42,488 nucleotides of DNA, from assembly GCF_001194135.2 (NCBI RefSeq), contig NC_069004.1, positions 12,704,917-12,747,404 on the forward strand, written 5' to 3'. The position numbers and the translations under genes are program-made. The stretch is from Octopus bimaculoides. Taxonomy: Eukaryota. A model generated the notes under the pieces. The model was not told where the DNA came from. It searched no databases and saw nothing but the letters and a program-made list of their open reading frames with translations. This document shows positions 1-11,376 of this stretch, in pieces; positions within the stretch are counted from its first letter, which is position 1, and the number at the start of each line of letters is the position of its first letter.

Positions 1-47
<47 letters not shown>

Positions 48-48
48 G
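1..48. repeat. (GA)n microsatellite
   Basis: Direct reading: near-perfect GA repeat from base 1. Confidence 0.95.
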
Positions 49-72
49 TGTGTAGGAGTTCCTTTCTGTTTA

Positions 73-200
73 TGTTAATCCCCCACTACTGCTTGACAGC
101 TGGTGTTGGTATTGTTTATGTCCCCCTAACATAACAGTCCGACAAAAGAAAGAATGATAGAATAAGTACAAGGCTTAAAAAATAAATACCGGACCGAGAT
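73..200 (+). mobile_element. 3' half fragment of SINE family A (CORE-like tRNA SINE), degenerate
   Basis: gcttgacagctggtgttgg..tttatgtccccctaac..gatagaataagtacaaggctt matches the 3' half of the family A copies at 11559 and 22739. Confidence 0.7.
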
Positions 201-302
201 ATATATATATATAGGCAAGTCCAAGAATATTACAAAAAATGGGAGAAACAACAAATGTCAATTGGACGTACACAGACGATCAGTGAAAGTTTTAGATGGA
301 CA

Positions 303-412
303 AATAGATTGGAGCCTGGTGTAGCCATCCGGTTGCACCAGTCCTCAGTCAAATCGTCCAACCCATGCTAGCATGGAAAGCGGACGTTAAACGATGATGA
401 TGATGATGATGA
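303..412 (+). mobile_element. Extreme 3' end of RTE-like LINE family C with (GAT)n tail
   Basis: gattggagcctggtgtagcc..tcgtccaacccatgctagcatggaaagcggacgttaaac followed by (gat)n; nearly identical to the end of 15361-16108. Confidence 0.85.
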
Positions 413-1096
413 AATAGGAGTAAAAATAGTGTTTCAAACATGGCTCTTTGTTAGATAGAGGGAAAAGTCCAGAGAAGAGGGAAAGGAGAAACAAACTGAT
501 AGCCCAAAGAAAAGCATGTGTGTTGCGTATGTGTATTACGTATAAAAAGTTTGTAGGTGTAAATTATATATATAATTCTTTTCCTCTCCCCTTTACCATT
601 CTCTATCTGTCACTTTCTCTTCCGCCTTTACTCTCTCGTTGCTCACACGTGACCATTGGCCATCTTTCTTTTCCTAACTTGAGTTTCTTTCTTTTCCTCT
701 TATCAGCTACAAGAGATCAGCCACATCTTTGTCTGCCTCCTGTCAAAGCTTGTTTCTCCAGCGTTCGCCACCTCACCTTGTCATGGCTTAACAGCCCTTA
801 CCGTTTTCACTGTCCTGTTTTTCTTATCAACTTTGACCCCCAACAAATCCTAAAGCAACTGTTTTGACGAAGGCACATCTTGTCGTAAATGCTCATAACG
901 TGGAGTAGATAAAACAGCCGACAACTGATGAAGGGTCGTTTTTTATGTTACTTGTCTTGTTTTCCATTTGTTTCTTTCATTGCTCACACAAAAAAGTTTG
1001 TATTCCATGTTTTCGTACGTATTTCGTATTTCATGTTGTTTACGTTCTATGACGTCCTGTACCCATATATGCATGTATATATACATATATGTATGT

Positions 1097-1144
<48 letters not shown>

Positions 1145-1343
1145 NNNNNNNNNNNNNNNNNNNNNNNNNNNNNNNNNNNNNNNNNNNNNNNNNNNNNNNN
1201 NNNNNNNNNNNNNNNNNNNNNNNNNNNNNNNNNNNNNNNNNNNNNNNNNNNNNNNNNNNNNNNNNNNNNNNNNNNNNNNNNNNNNNNNNNNNNNNNNNNN
1301 NNNNNNNNNNNNNNNNNNNNNNNNNNNNNNNNNNNNNNNNNNN
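1145..1343. other. Assembly gap flanked by (TA)n. Other gaps: 13379-13643, 15251-15260, 17444-17806, 20116-20575, 24480-25037, 33185-33313, 34693-35107, 37481-37720, 40473-40717
   Basis: Runs of N read directly; five of the ten directly abut (TA)n microsatellites. Confidence 0.98.
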
Positions 1344-1402
<59 letters not shown>

Positions 1403-1854
1403 TATATGTGTGTGTTTACATAGTACTGCATAGATAGATTTATAGAATCCTGCGGTTATCACAGAAAGCTAAGCTCCTCTAAAGGACCTGACTATCATGC
1501 CATAAAGTAATCCAATACGAATGAGTATAATCAGAGTTTTATACTTCATGGGAAGTATATAAAACCATTAAAAAATCAGGAGGTACGAGACGTGAATATA
1601 TCTATTTGACCATTTGCTATCCTTATGATTACGGCCGTTTCACAGCATTCGACATGTAATAATAATTATTATACCCCAGACCCTGACTTTTTAGGATACC
1701 GTCCGAAAGATTGCCACGTTGTATTATATAAAACAGTGAGATATTCAATTATTGTATAATATATATATAGCATGGACGTGATATGTAACGATGTTGATAT
1801 CTCTGTATCCATCCAATTGTCTATATAGTATTCGTTCAAATATCCTTTTCTCCG

Positions 1855-1917
1855 AAATTTTGGGGGAGGGGGCAGTCGATTAGATCTACCCCAGTATGCA
1901 ACTGGTACTTAATTCGT
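1855..1917 (-). mobile_element. Short fragment of SINE family B
   Basis: aaattttgggggaggggg.cagtcgattagatctaccccagtatgcaactggtacttaatt is the reverse complement of the family B 3' body. Confidence 0.6.
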
Positions 1918-2731
1918 ACATAAACTATCCCATCTAAGAGAGACTGACATGTGTAATATAAACCACCACCAGGCAAGCACGTTGCTGTTTCATCATTATT
2001 ATGAAGCCACTTGTCTGGTGCTGTTTAACAAAAGATTGAATATAGACTTTCGTAAGAGGGAGAAGGTGGACAAAAAGAATTTAAAATTTGTCCTAATTGC
2101 TTCTCATGCTTGAACAGACACACATAGACACCAGGACATTGCCGAAAAGGTTTTATAATAAAGAGATCGACCCTTTTTTTTTGTGTGTGTTAAATAATAA
2201 ATATGTTTTGGTGTTTAAAGATCGTTGGCATGTTTCTTATCCAATATTAGTTGGTTTGTGTGAATGAAGAGTACAGGGGGGAAATGTAGCCAAATGTAGA
2301 AGCCATACAGGAGACTAACCTACTTAGAGACGACAGTCGGAGCATTTATATTATAGAAAAAATGTCAGTTGTTTTTAGCTTGATGTGTATTTAAAATAAA
2401 TACGGTTAGAGTTGTGTGTGGTTTTCTATAGAAATATACGTTTGTGTTTCTGTGGGCCATATATTTTGTGTACTAGATATGTTCACACAGTGTGTGTGTG
2501 TGTATATATATATAGATATATGTATATGTGCGTGTGTGTTATATATCACCAAAAATATCTCAAATGTCATAAAAAATATAATACAGTGTGTATAATAAAT
2601 GTAACTACTGATGTATAACCACTTTATATACACTTTGTTCCAGTAAATAGTTTCTTTCTTTAATCAAATTTTTTTCCTAATTTCTCTTGTCCCACACATT
2701 GAGAAATTCATCAGTAATGATTTATGCGTAT

Positions 2732-2742
2732 TATTATTATTA

Positions 2743-2783
<41 letters not shown>

Positions 2784-2920
2784 CCCTATTGTTCTTGGTC
2801 GAAGAGACTTATCAAAGACATCTCAACCGTGACCATTCCGCCTGTTTCTTTTGGGGTGAGGGGGTCGAGTTATTTTTACGGTAAAACAAGCATTATTTGA
2901 GGGAGATTTTGGCTATTTCT
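2732..2920 (-). mobile_element. Retroposon family D 3' fragment with (AAT)n tail
   Basis: (ATT)n at 2732-2781, then tatccctattgttcttggtcgaagagacttatcaaagac..gtgaccattccgcc..gagggagattttggctatttct. Related fragments lie near 15150, 15330, 26090, 28805 and 39490. Confidence 0.55.
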
Positions 2921-3116
2921 AAGGATCACGGATATTTCCCCATGTCGGACCTGTTAAAAGGCCAAACTATACAAGTGGAATTATATAAAGACATATCATT
3001 AGGCAGTAACAGGAAATAGTTATGTCCTTTTGCGGTGGCTATTCTTTCTATTTAAGTCCTGTTGAAGGAGGATATTTGACGATATATTTGAGATATAACA
3101 GCACAATTAGAGGAAA
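2893..3116 (+). repeat. Local direct repeat, copy 1 (about 220 bp)
   Basis: Aligns base by base, with a few indels, to 4796-5006. Confidence 0.9.
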
Positions 3117-3286
3117 TAATTAATTGAAAGGGGCAGCTGTAGACTAGGGTTTGAACATTTAAAATATCTTCGAATAATTTGGGCGACCCATAGCCCAGTG
3201 TCTACAGAAGAAAGAAGAAAAAAACAGTAGGGACACCTTATATCAAGTTTCATTTACTTTTTAGACACTAATTCCTTTTCACTTAC

Positions 3287-3430
3287 CTTCAAGGCATATT
3301 TCTCCCAAGTTTTACGATGGTAACATTCCAATACTTTGCCGTTAATTCCTAAACCAAGTACTTTGTCTGTGATTTTGTAGTCATCGGAAATAACCGTTTC
3401 CTTGGCGTGGATGTTAGCTAAGTTGGCCAT
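3287..3430 (-). CDS. MAPKAPK2: MAP kinase-activated protein kinase 2/3 (MK2): first kinase-domain coding exon. The exon spans 3287-3433; the gene continues left of the window
   Basis: Manual translation gives MANLANIHAKETVISDDYKITDKVLGLGINGKVLECYHRKTWEKYALK. This contains the MK2/MK3 signature DDY.VT..VLGLGINGKV and the ALK catalytic-lysine motif. Acceptor: pyrimidine tract + tatag at 3434. Donor: AAG|gtaagt at 3286, phase 0, at the position where vertebrate MK2 exon 1 ends. Confidence 0.95.
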
Positions 3431-4795
3431 ATTCTATATAAGAAGCAGTTAGAGTTGAGCAGAAAGTGAACAAGTGAACATTAGAGATAGAGGTGGAGGG
3501 CAGAGAGAGAGATACAAAGAGAGAAAGAGAGGAATAAATGGCTAGAGGACCAGAGGGACGGAAGTAGAGGACAGAGAGGAACCTCAAAGTAAATGAGGAC
3601 AGGGTTTAAGGGGTCTAAATGTTAGGATGGAGGCCAAGGAAGGATACAAAGTCGAAATCACTCTCGAAGTAACACCAAAATTTGGTGCTGTTTTACCGAA
3701 AGCAACAATAAAATATAAGAGAGTTTCCGAAGACAGCACAGTACTTGTGTGTCTGTTAGATATAACTGGAATAAATGTGTGTCCGCGTATGTCAGATATA
3801 AGTGAAATTAATGTGTTTAGTATATTTGTTGGTGATAGAGTAGTTGTTGATCGGCAACAGGATGTTTCTTCTTTGAAAATTGGGCCACTAACGCTTCTAA
3901 GCTACATTTGGGTGAGATATTTGTTGTAATACGAAAGACAGAAGAAATAACTAATACGTACGCACACACACACACACATATAGACAGACAGACAGACAAA
4001 GAGAGAGTGAACAATCCTGTTTTGTTTTGTTTCTCACCACTTAAATGTTTTATCTTGAAGTCACCTTTATCAAACACAAGATAACGTTTTTTTTACTTAA
4101 CGTGAAGATTTGAAAGTTTAATTTTTTTTTTATTCCTAAACAGTTTATTCTGGTAAAAGACATTCGCAAAAATTAAATGTTAAACTTTTGCTTCGTCAGA
4201 ATTATTAATGATTTTTCTCTAGTTATATTTGGAACTTATAAGTAACGAATTTTTGGAGCTTTGATAATTAAAATTAAGTTCTATGAATGAAAATAAAACA
4301 ACAACGGCACACACGCACACATATGTATGTACAAACATACATATGTGTGTGTGTGTGTATGTATGTATATGTGTGTGTGTGTGTGTGAAACTAATCCTTA
4401 ACGAGAATAACGTAGCAGGAAATTGTCAAGTGCTTTTCGGTGTGGTTAATTGTCATGTGTGTGTGTGTGTCTCTGTATGTATATGTATTTATGTGTGTGT
4501 GTGTACGTGCGTGAGTGCGTCTGCAAGATGTTTAAAAGAAAAATCTACCAGAAGCCGAAGAGTGCTTTGCCCTTGGATCAGTAAATGCCCAGATGATTCG
4601 GCTGCAGCTGTCCCTTTTCCTATCGTCATTAATACGTTTGACTATGTTTAACTTCAGTCGCTGGTCCCTCATTTGGGTCCATTGCGGATGTCCCACTTCA
4701 GAGGTTAATATTACAATCACACCAACAAAGCCGGATAATTGTTTAGAACACTGACACACGTGGATTCAAGTCCCATGCATACGACAAAATCTACT

Positions 4796-5006
4796 TTATT
4801 TGAGGGAGATTTTGGCTCCTATTTCTAAGGATCACGGATATTTCCTCATGTTGGACTTGTTAAAAGACCAAGTGGAATTATATAAAGATATATCATTAAG
4901 CTATAACAGAAAATAGTTATGTCCTTTTGCGGTGGCTATTCTTTCTATTGAAGTCGTGTTGATATTTGACGATATATTTGAGATATAATAACTCAATTAG
5001 AGGAAA
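4796..5006 (+). repeat. Local direct repeat, copy 2
   Basis: Matches 2893-3116, including ttatgtccttttgcggtggctattctttctatt and gatatttgacgatatatttgagatataa. Confidence 0.9.
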
Positions 5007-5165
5007 GAATTACATGCCCTAATATTGGACTATTTACCTTAGTCGATTTATGGTAATCTCATATAAGCTTTAAACTTTTAAATATTATTATTATTATTAT
5101 TTACAGAAGTGTAAAATTCGGCACAGTTTACCAAATAATCGCTGAAAATATTTTGCAGCTAATTT

Positions 5166-5354
5166 TGATTTCATATTTTGGCACAAGGCCAGCAAGTTCT
5201 AGGAAAGGGTCAGTTTTATTACATCGACCCCAGTGTTCAAGTGGTATTTATTTTATCGTCACCGACAGGGATGGAAGGCAAAGTGGACCTCGACGGAATT
5301 TGAACTCAGAATGCAAAGACAGACTAAATGCCACTATTTTGCCGGTCCGCCGCC
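5166..5354 (-). mobile_element. SINE family B (tRNA-derived head, Meta/MESC-like core)
   Basis: Reverse complement has the B-box gttcaaattcc, the core gcc(t)tccatccc..gataaaataaataccact and the tail ggccttgtgccaaaat. The core name is recalled, not searched. Confidence 0.8.
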
Positions 5355-5390
5355 ACTTTTTCCCTTTTCGAAACCAATATTAAATACTAG

Positions 5391-5530
5391 GCTTAGCAGT
5401 ATTTCGTCTGTCTGTACGTTCTGAGTTCAAATTCCGCCGAAGTCGATTTTGCCTTTCATCCTTTCGGGGTCGATAAATTAAGTACCAGTCGCGTACTGGG
5501 TCGATCACTTGACTGGTCCCCTCCCCAAAA
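5391..5530 (+). mobile_element. Truncated SINE family B with a 15-bp target-site duplication
   Basis: gttcaaattccgccgaagtcgattttgcctttcatcctttcggggtcgataaattaagtaccag; AATATTAAATACTAG occurs at 5376-5390 and 5531-5545. Confidence 0.9.
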
Positions 5531-5555
5531 AATATTAAATACTAGCCGGAATTTT

Positions 5556-6032
5556 CATAACTTTAATTTGGGGGAATTTTCAGAAAAGTTTTGCGAACTT
5601 AGTTCTACACACAGGAATTTGTACGATTATAAAACAACAATAAGAATATTTTTGTGTGTGTATGATTTAAGGTTGATTTAGCTGTTGTTTTTAAAACATC
5701 TCTCGACCACCTGTTACCTCGTTTCTTTGTCACTCTGACATGTATTGATGTTTTTCAATATATTTCTCATCATAAAAACATTTAATGGAATGATGGTGCA
5801 CCCAAGGATAGTCCATTGCTAAGATTTAAGCAAAAAATTCTGACTGTCTGTATTTTAAATTCTAATTTTTAAAAAAAATTTGAAAAAGAGTCGCACTTTT
5901 AGGATTTACCTGAGGGAGGGCTTTAAAAACAAAATGAGAAAAAGAAATTCTTTCATAATCATATGAAATCCCAGGTGTAGAATACAAATTTGTAAAAATT
6001 CTCTGAGAATTCCAAAAAATAAAAAAGTTATG
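5556..6032. mobile_element. Non-autonomous DNA transposon (MITE) with long imperfect TIRs
   Basis: Ends cataacttt..ggaattttcagaaaa / ttctctgagaattcc..aaagttatg. A homologous copy lies at 17108-17443. Confidence 0.7.
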
Positions 6033-6122
6033 AGTGGTTATAGGGGATGCTTCAACCAGAATTCCACCATATATTGTTATTATTCACCAAAGATTTCTTT
6101 CATTTATTTTTAAAGAATATAT

Positions 6123-6447
6123 ACAGGTGTGACCATATGGTTAAGAAGCTAGCTTTCCAAGTATGTCGTTATGGGTTCAGTCCCACTGTGTAGCACCTTG
6201 AGCAAATGTTTTCTACTACAGCCCCAAGCTAACCAGAGTTTCATGAATAGATTTATGGATTTGGTAGACGGAAATTAAAAGAAGCCTGGCATATGTGCAT
6301 GTGTTTGTTTCCACCACCCTACCTGACAATCTGTGTTGGTTTGTTTACGTCCCCATAACTTAGCGAAAAGAAACCCGTTGAATAAGTACCAGGCTTAAAA
6401 AGCTATATGTACTGGGGTTGATATGCTTGACTAAATCCCTTTAAGGG
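6123..6447 (+). mobile_element. SINE family A (tRNA head + CORE-like domain), diverged
   Basis: B-box gggttcagtccc, CORE-like gcaccttgagcaaatg, then ggatttggtagacggaa and tttacgtccccataacttagcg. Confidence 0.85.
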
Positions 6448-6470
6448 TAAAAGATCAGAGATAGAAGATA

Positions 6471-6542
6471 CAGTCCAACCCATGCCAGCATGGAAATATG
6501 GACGTTAAATATGATGACAATGATGTTGATGATGATGATGAT
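6471..6542 (+). mobile_element. Family C terminal stem-loop and (GAT)n tail only
   Basis: gtccaacccatgccagcatggaaatatggacgttaaa followed by degenerate (gat)n. Confidence 0.75.
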
Positions 6543-6569
6543 TGCTGAAATCACAGTTTTAATTCTTTT

Positions 6570-6922
6570 ATCTTTTTGGCACCACCTTCAAGAATTTTTA
6601 GTCGAATAAGTCAACCCCAATACTTGTTTCTTTTATTTTTTTTTAAACCTGATACTTATTATATTGGTCTCTTTTGCCTAACTGCTAAGTTACGGGGATG
6701 TAAACATCAACACTGGTTGTCAAGCAGCGGTGAGGACACACACACACACATATATATATATGATGGGCTTCTATCAGTTTCTGCTTACTAAATCCACTCA
6801 CAAGGCTTTGGTCAGCCCTAGGCTATAATAAAAGACACTTGCCCAAGGTGCCATGCAGTGGGACTGAACCCAGAACCATATGATCAGGAAGTAAGTTTCT
6901 TAGCACACAATCATGCCTGTGC
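6570..6922 (-). mobile_element. SINE family A
   Basis: ccactcacaaggctttggtcagcc..aagacacttgcccaaggtgccatgcagtgggactgaacccagaacc is the reverse complement of the head and core. Confidence 0.9.
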
Positions 6923-7260
6923 TTGATTGTCATGAAATACAGAATTAAAATCAATGATTTGCAAATAAAATCTAACTGTTAATTCATAAAATCATATGAT
7001 ATTAACTTGTCAATAAGCTGAAATAATTGTGTTATCGGAAATTCTTTGTCATTGTAATCATATGACAAAAGTTGTATAGCTGTTTAGAGCAAAAATACAT
7101 GTGCTACAGCAAACATATTTTTTAATCATTATTAAGCATTACTCACTTGGGAAGTCATTAAAAAATATACTATAAATACACTTAATTAAGCTATCTGTTT
7201 GCCAGGCGAATCACATGTATTCATTGAATGACAGCCACATTCTACATTTTCTCCTAAAAT

Positions 7261-7762
7261 ATTGATTTAAAATTTTGGCACAAGGCTAGCAATTTTGAGT
7301 AATGGGTAAGTCAATTGCACTGACTCCAGTATTCATCATCATCATCATTTAACGTCTGTGTCCCATGCTAGCATGGGTGGGACAGTACCATAAAAGCCTG
7401 CACCAGACTTTTGTGACTGATTTGGCAGGATTTTTGCAGCTGGATTCCCTTCCTAACACCAACCACTCAGCAGAGTGGACTTAGTGTATTTTTTTATGTG
7501 GCACAAGCACAGGTGAGTTGTACTTTATACATGGCACAAGTACAGGTAAGGTCAGTTTTGGCAAGGTTTTTACAGCTGGATACCCTTCTGAACACCAACC
7601 ACTTTACAGTGTGGACTGGGTGCTTTTAAGTGGTACCTGCACTTAAAGAATGAAAGACAAAGTCAACCTCAGCGGAATGTAAAAACTCAGAATGTAAAAT
7701 CAGACAAAATGCCACTAAGCATTTTTCCAAGAACACTAATGATTCTGCCAGCTTGATACCTT
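7261..7762 (-). mobile_element. SINE family B (7261-7333 and 7646-7762) interrupted by a family C fragment (7334-7642)
   Basis: The two family B halves are collinear with the consensus on either side of (cat)n-ttaacgtc..ccatgctagcatggg. Confidence 0.8.
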
Positions 7763-7837
7763 CATTAGAATATTAATTAATAGTTTACTTTGTAAATCAT
7801 TGGACAAAATACCTTATGGCATTTGTAAGCATCCCTT

Positions 7838-7958
7838 TACATTTTGAGTTTGAAATGAATTTGACTTCCATCCTTCCAGAGTTGATAAAATAAGCAACCA
7901 CCAAGAGTCAGGATTGATTTAATCAAATATTCCTTCCCCTAAAATTGTGACCTTTCAA
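7838..7958 (+). mobile_element. Degenerate SINE family B fragment
   Basis: tttgacttccatccttccagagttgataaaataagc..gatttaatc..cccctaaaatt. Confidence 0.55.
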
Positions 7959-8229
7959 CCTCTGGCAAATGAAACTCCTTTCTACCCCTCTTTAGTCTTT
8001 CATACATGGAGGTCATTTACAGTTTACATTAAACTTCATTGTCTCCATCAACAAATACCTTGAAAAACATTCTCTAAGGACATGATAATCTTTTGTCCTT
8101 CAATATTCACATCAAGGAAACCATCTTTTATCTCACTTTTCTTGGAGACATTCAATTAAAACCACCAAAATTCTTAGAAAATGTAAGGCCTTGCAATCAC
8201 TGCATCACAATTTCTTCTGTTTTCTACAT

Positions 8230-8620
8230 TCATAATATAGCAACACTTGCAGCCTAAACACAAACTTTTTCCTGTTCAGAACCAGAAAATACTTCAGCTT
8301 TGAATAAATGCTGACTTACTTGAATTTTTTAGCTCCAGTGAGATCCATAATGGGATACATCTCCCACATGTGGACTGCCACTGCTGCTGTTATACACAGA
8401 AATATCTTGGACAATACTTAAAAGATGGCCACCTGACAAATGGCAAGGATTCCCTCATCACCACACTCCTCAAATTGTACTTCAGTTATTGCCATGATGG
8501 CCTCTAGTTTTCATCAGAAAACTGCATATCACCTCTACCTAAATTCACCCAACACACCTGCTTCTCCTGCTCTCATCTCCTATTCTAGGTTTCATTTCTG
8601 TAGTATGAGGAAACTGCAAT
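8230..8620 (+). mobile_element. Fossil CR1/L2-group LINE, ORF2 region downstream of RT (stops and a frameshift)
   Basis: From 8269: FLFRTRKYFSFE*MLTYLNFLAPVRSIMGYISHMW..ILDNT*KMAT, then after a frameshift KLYFSYCHDGL. This resembles the CR1-group motifs LFR.RKYF..QLL.LYK..VRP.MEY.SH.W and LFYRYYHG.C. Confidence 0.7.
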
Positions 8621-9651
8621 GTGAGGAATAAAATATCTCCTTCTCAGCATCAGCTGTCCAACAGGGTTAAATCTGAGACACACCCTACTTGCCTGACCTA
8701 CTACTAATGCCCTTTCTAGCTCCACATCTGCTCATGTCTGCCCACTACAGCTGCCTGAGGCAAAAGAGACCCATGCTGCCCACATCATCACTCACTCTTC
8801 CTCTTCCAGTAGGGCCCTTTAGCCACTGACCCTTTCCTTCCATTCACCTGAACCCCACAATTTCCCAGGCCCAAAACTAAACACCAGACCCCCATCTTTC
8901 CTCACAGAAAATCAAATCTTCTGAAATTCTCTTCTTTCTAATCTTCCAAGGTACATCAACATGCAGCAGCTATTCAGGCTGTGAGCAATGTCAGAAGAAC
9001 TGACAAGTTCAGTGAAACAATTCCTTCTTCTTTCTAACTAACACCTATTTCTCTAGACCAGCAGAATCTGGGATATTTAAGCAGTAAGTTATCTCTCTAT
9101 AATTGATACTTTCCATACAAACTTGTAGTAACGCTGTGCGCATGCATAGTCTCACGCATGCGTGGAATTCAACATCCAAGCGTTTCCCGCTTTATTCTGT
9201 CTCTTTCTTGCTGGCCAGCGATTGAGCAAGGACGTGTTTAGCTGTCTCTCTCCATCTTTCGAACTTACGCTAGACAGCTCGCTCACATCTACATACCAAC
9301 GTCCCAACAACCATGCTCACACACACAGAAGACGTTTCAACAAACAAGAGCTAAAGATGTATATATTCCACCTTGAATAAATGTTGTTTGTGTTGATAGT
9401 CTGGAGTTCAGCGTTCCGTTAATTCTTAATTTTATATAGGAAAGTCAGGTATACATCTAATGATGTATAACCCACTTTCCTATAAACTAATTAAATAATT
9501 CCAAATGCTGTTTCAAAAATGTTACATTTATAACATTGGTACGTTTATAACAGAAACTACATTGGTATGAATTGTTCCAAGAATCAAAGCCACTGACTGC
9601 ATCATCAATTCCAACACATCTTAGAGATACATCAATTCCTGAAGAATGGTA

Positions 9652-9810
9652 AGTCAGTATAGCTGTGTGGTTAAAAAGTTTGCTTTATAACTGTGTGGCT
9701 CTAGGTTAGATCCTACAGTGGGGTACCTCGAGCAGATGTCTTCCGTCATATTCTTCAATTTATCAAAACTTAATGAGTGAACTTTGAGTAACGGAAATGT
9801 GAAGAAATCA
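9652..9810 (+). mobile_element. SINE family A 5' fragment, old
   Basis: agctgtgtggttaaaaagtttgc (A-box region), ggttagatcctac (B-box region), gtacctcgagcagatgtcttc. Confidence 0.6.
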
Positions 9811-11128
9811 TTGGACAGATTGTTTTTTGTTCTTGGTATACTTATTCCTCCTCTTGATTTAGTCACATCACCTGGCTCTTAGATGTTCATACGGGGGGCA
9901 GGACCTCTAGTGGTTTAGCAAATGCAAGAATCGTGATACAATAAAACACCTAGATGAGATTCAGTCCTACGTAGCTATGTAGACAGTAATAACTTGAAAT
10001 TCTTCTGTACAGTTTTGAAGGTTGTCTATAGCCTACATAACTTTGACTCATTTCCATTACAGACTACAGCTCTCTCTCTCTCTCAAAAATTGCACACATC
10101 AATAATGGAGTCAATTGAAGAATTATGAAATTAGGTAAACAGAAACTCTGTGGAAACCTGATAGTATTTGATACAGTTTCAGTTTATCAAATTTCACACA
10201 CTAGCCTTTGACAAACTCAAGGATATAGTAGAAGGCAGCTGACTAAAGTGCCATGTGAATATTGTCTTGGAGAGTAAGAGACTCATCCTGCAAACCAAAA
10301 CCCACTGCTAGTGAAATGCAGGTTTGTAAAACAACAAACATGACAATAGATTCTATCCAGAGACCCTGAGAACAGTTGAGAAAGCAGGCCCTTTCCTCTG
10401 ATCAGCAGGTCACAGATACAGGAGAAGTCGGCAGTCTCCAGGAAGAAGCATCACCTGACATTCCATCAAATTAGCAAAGAACTAGAGAAATGTTGAAACT
10501 ATTGTAATCACTACTAAAAGATTATTACAGCCTTGTCTTATTCTTGACTAACTTTTGGAAAGATTAGTTGTTAATTAATGTATAAGCACACACATTTATG
10601 TATAAGGGATCTTCATTCAGTTTTCCCATAGGCATGTACCTTCTACCATAACTTTGGGCTGTTCTTGTCAGTGAAATCCGGTATACAGAAACTGGACAGA
10701 AGCCCATTGTGATGTGTTTTAACTTATTAGTCACAACATTAAATTTAGATGCTAATAAATGGTTCCCTTGTCATAAACCTAAAGAAAGATTATTTGTTAA
10801 TAATAAAAGCTCTAATCATCATCAGCATGGTTTGGTTTTGTGAATGATGATCCATGAAGTCATCCATGTTGTCAGCTTGTTGGTGGCTGACATGGTTAAT
10901 GTTGAAGAGAAAAGCTCAGTTGAAATAGTTTCAAAAGAAATTCTATTTTCAGTTCTGTGCAACAGTGTCACAGTTGTTTCTCAATTTCCTTTTGTTCTCA
11001 AGGTTGGAAATTATCCTTGAATGCACTTTTGAAGAAGGCAGACTAGTGACTGATATGTTGTCAAACCTCACAATTGGACGTTGTAGTAGATCATCGTCTA
11101 CCCAAATAGCTTCTGTAGCTTAGTCTGC

Positions 11129-11376
11129 AATATTACTTTCAAATTTTGGCACAAGGGCAGCCGTTTTGGTGGAGGGGGAAAGCTGATTACATCAACCTCA
11201 ATCAATGCTCAACTGACATTTATTTTATCAACCCCGAAAAGGATGAAAGACAAAGTTAATCCTGAGAGGGATGAAAAGCAAAGTTGACCTCACTGGAATT
11301 TGAACTCAGAACATAAAGATGGATCAAATGCCCCTCAGCATTTTGCCTGGTGTGCTACCATTTCTGCCAGCTCACC
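11129..11376 (-). mobile_element. SINE family B with a small internal duplication
   Basis: ttctgccagctcacc head and ggaatttgaactcagaac; ggatgaaag(a)caaagtt occurs twice (about 11241 and 11268). Confidence 0.85.

Noticed and set aside
943-1060. HEIRNTYENMEYKLFC as a possible MAPKAPK2 exon 2 (HIV.I.DVYEN)
   Set aside because: Only YEN matches. There is no KARREV.LHW motif and no suitable splice sites, so exon 2 must lie left of the window.
928-1462. Stack of ORFs rich in YIYI/X, and similar stacks at 17325, 19914, 24321, 33080, 34397 and 35124
   Set aside because: These are translations of (TA)n/(CA)n microsatellites and N gaps, not genes.
3627-3929. 100-aa plus-strand ORF
   Set aside because: No recognisable domain; it lies antisense in the MAPKAPK2 upstream intron.
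4532-4759. CpG-containing stretch with short open frames, as a possible alternative MAPKAPK2 first exon
   Set aside because: No convincing phase-0 donor and no homology. It may be non-coding 5' sequence, but I cannot support a call.
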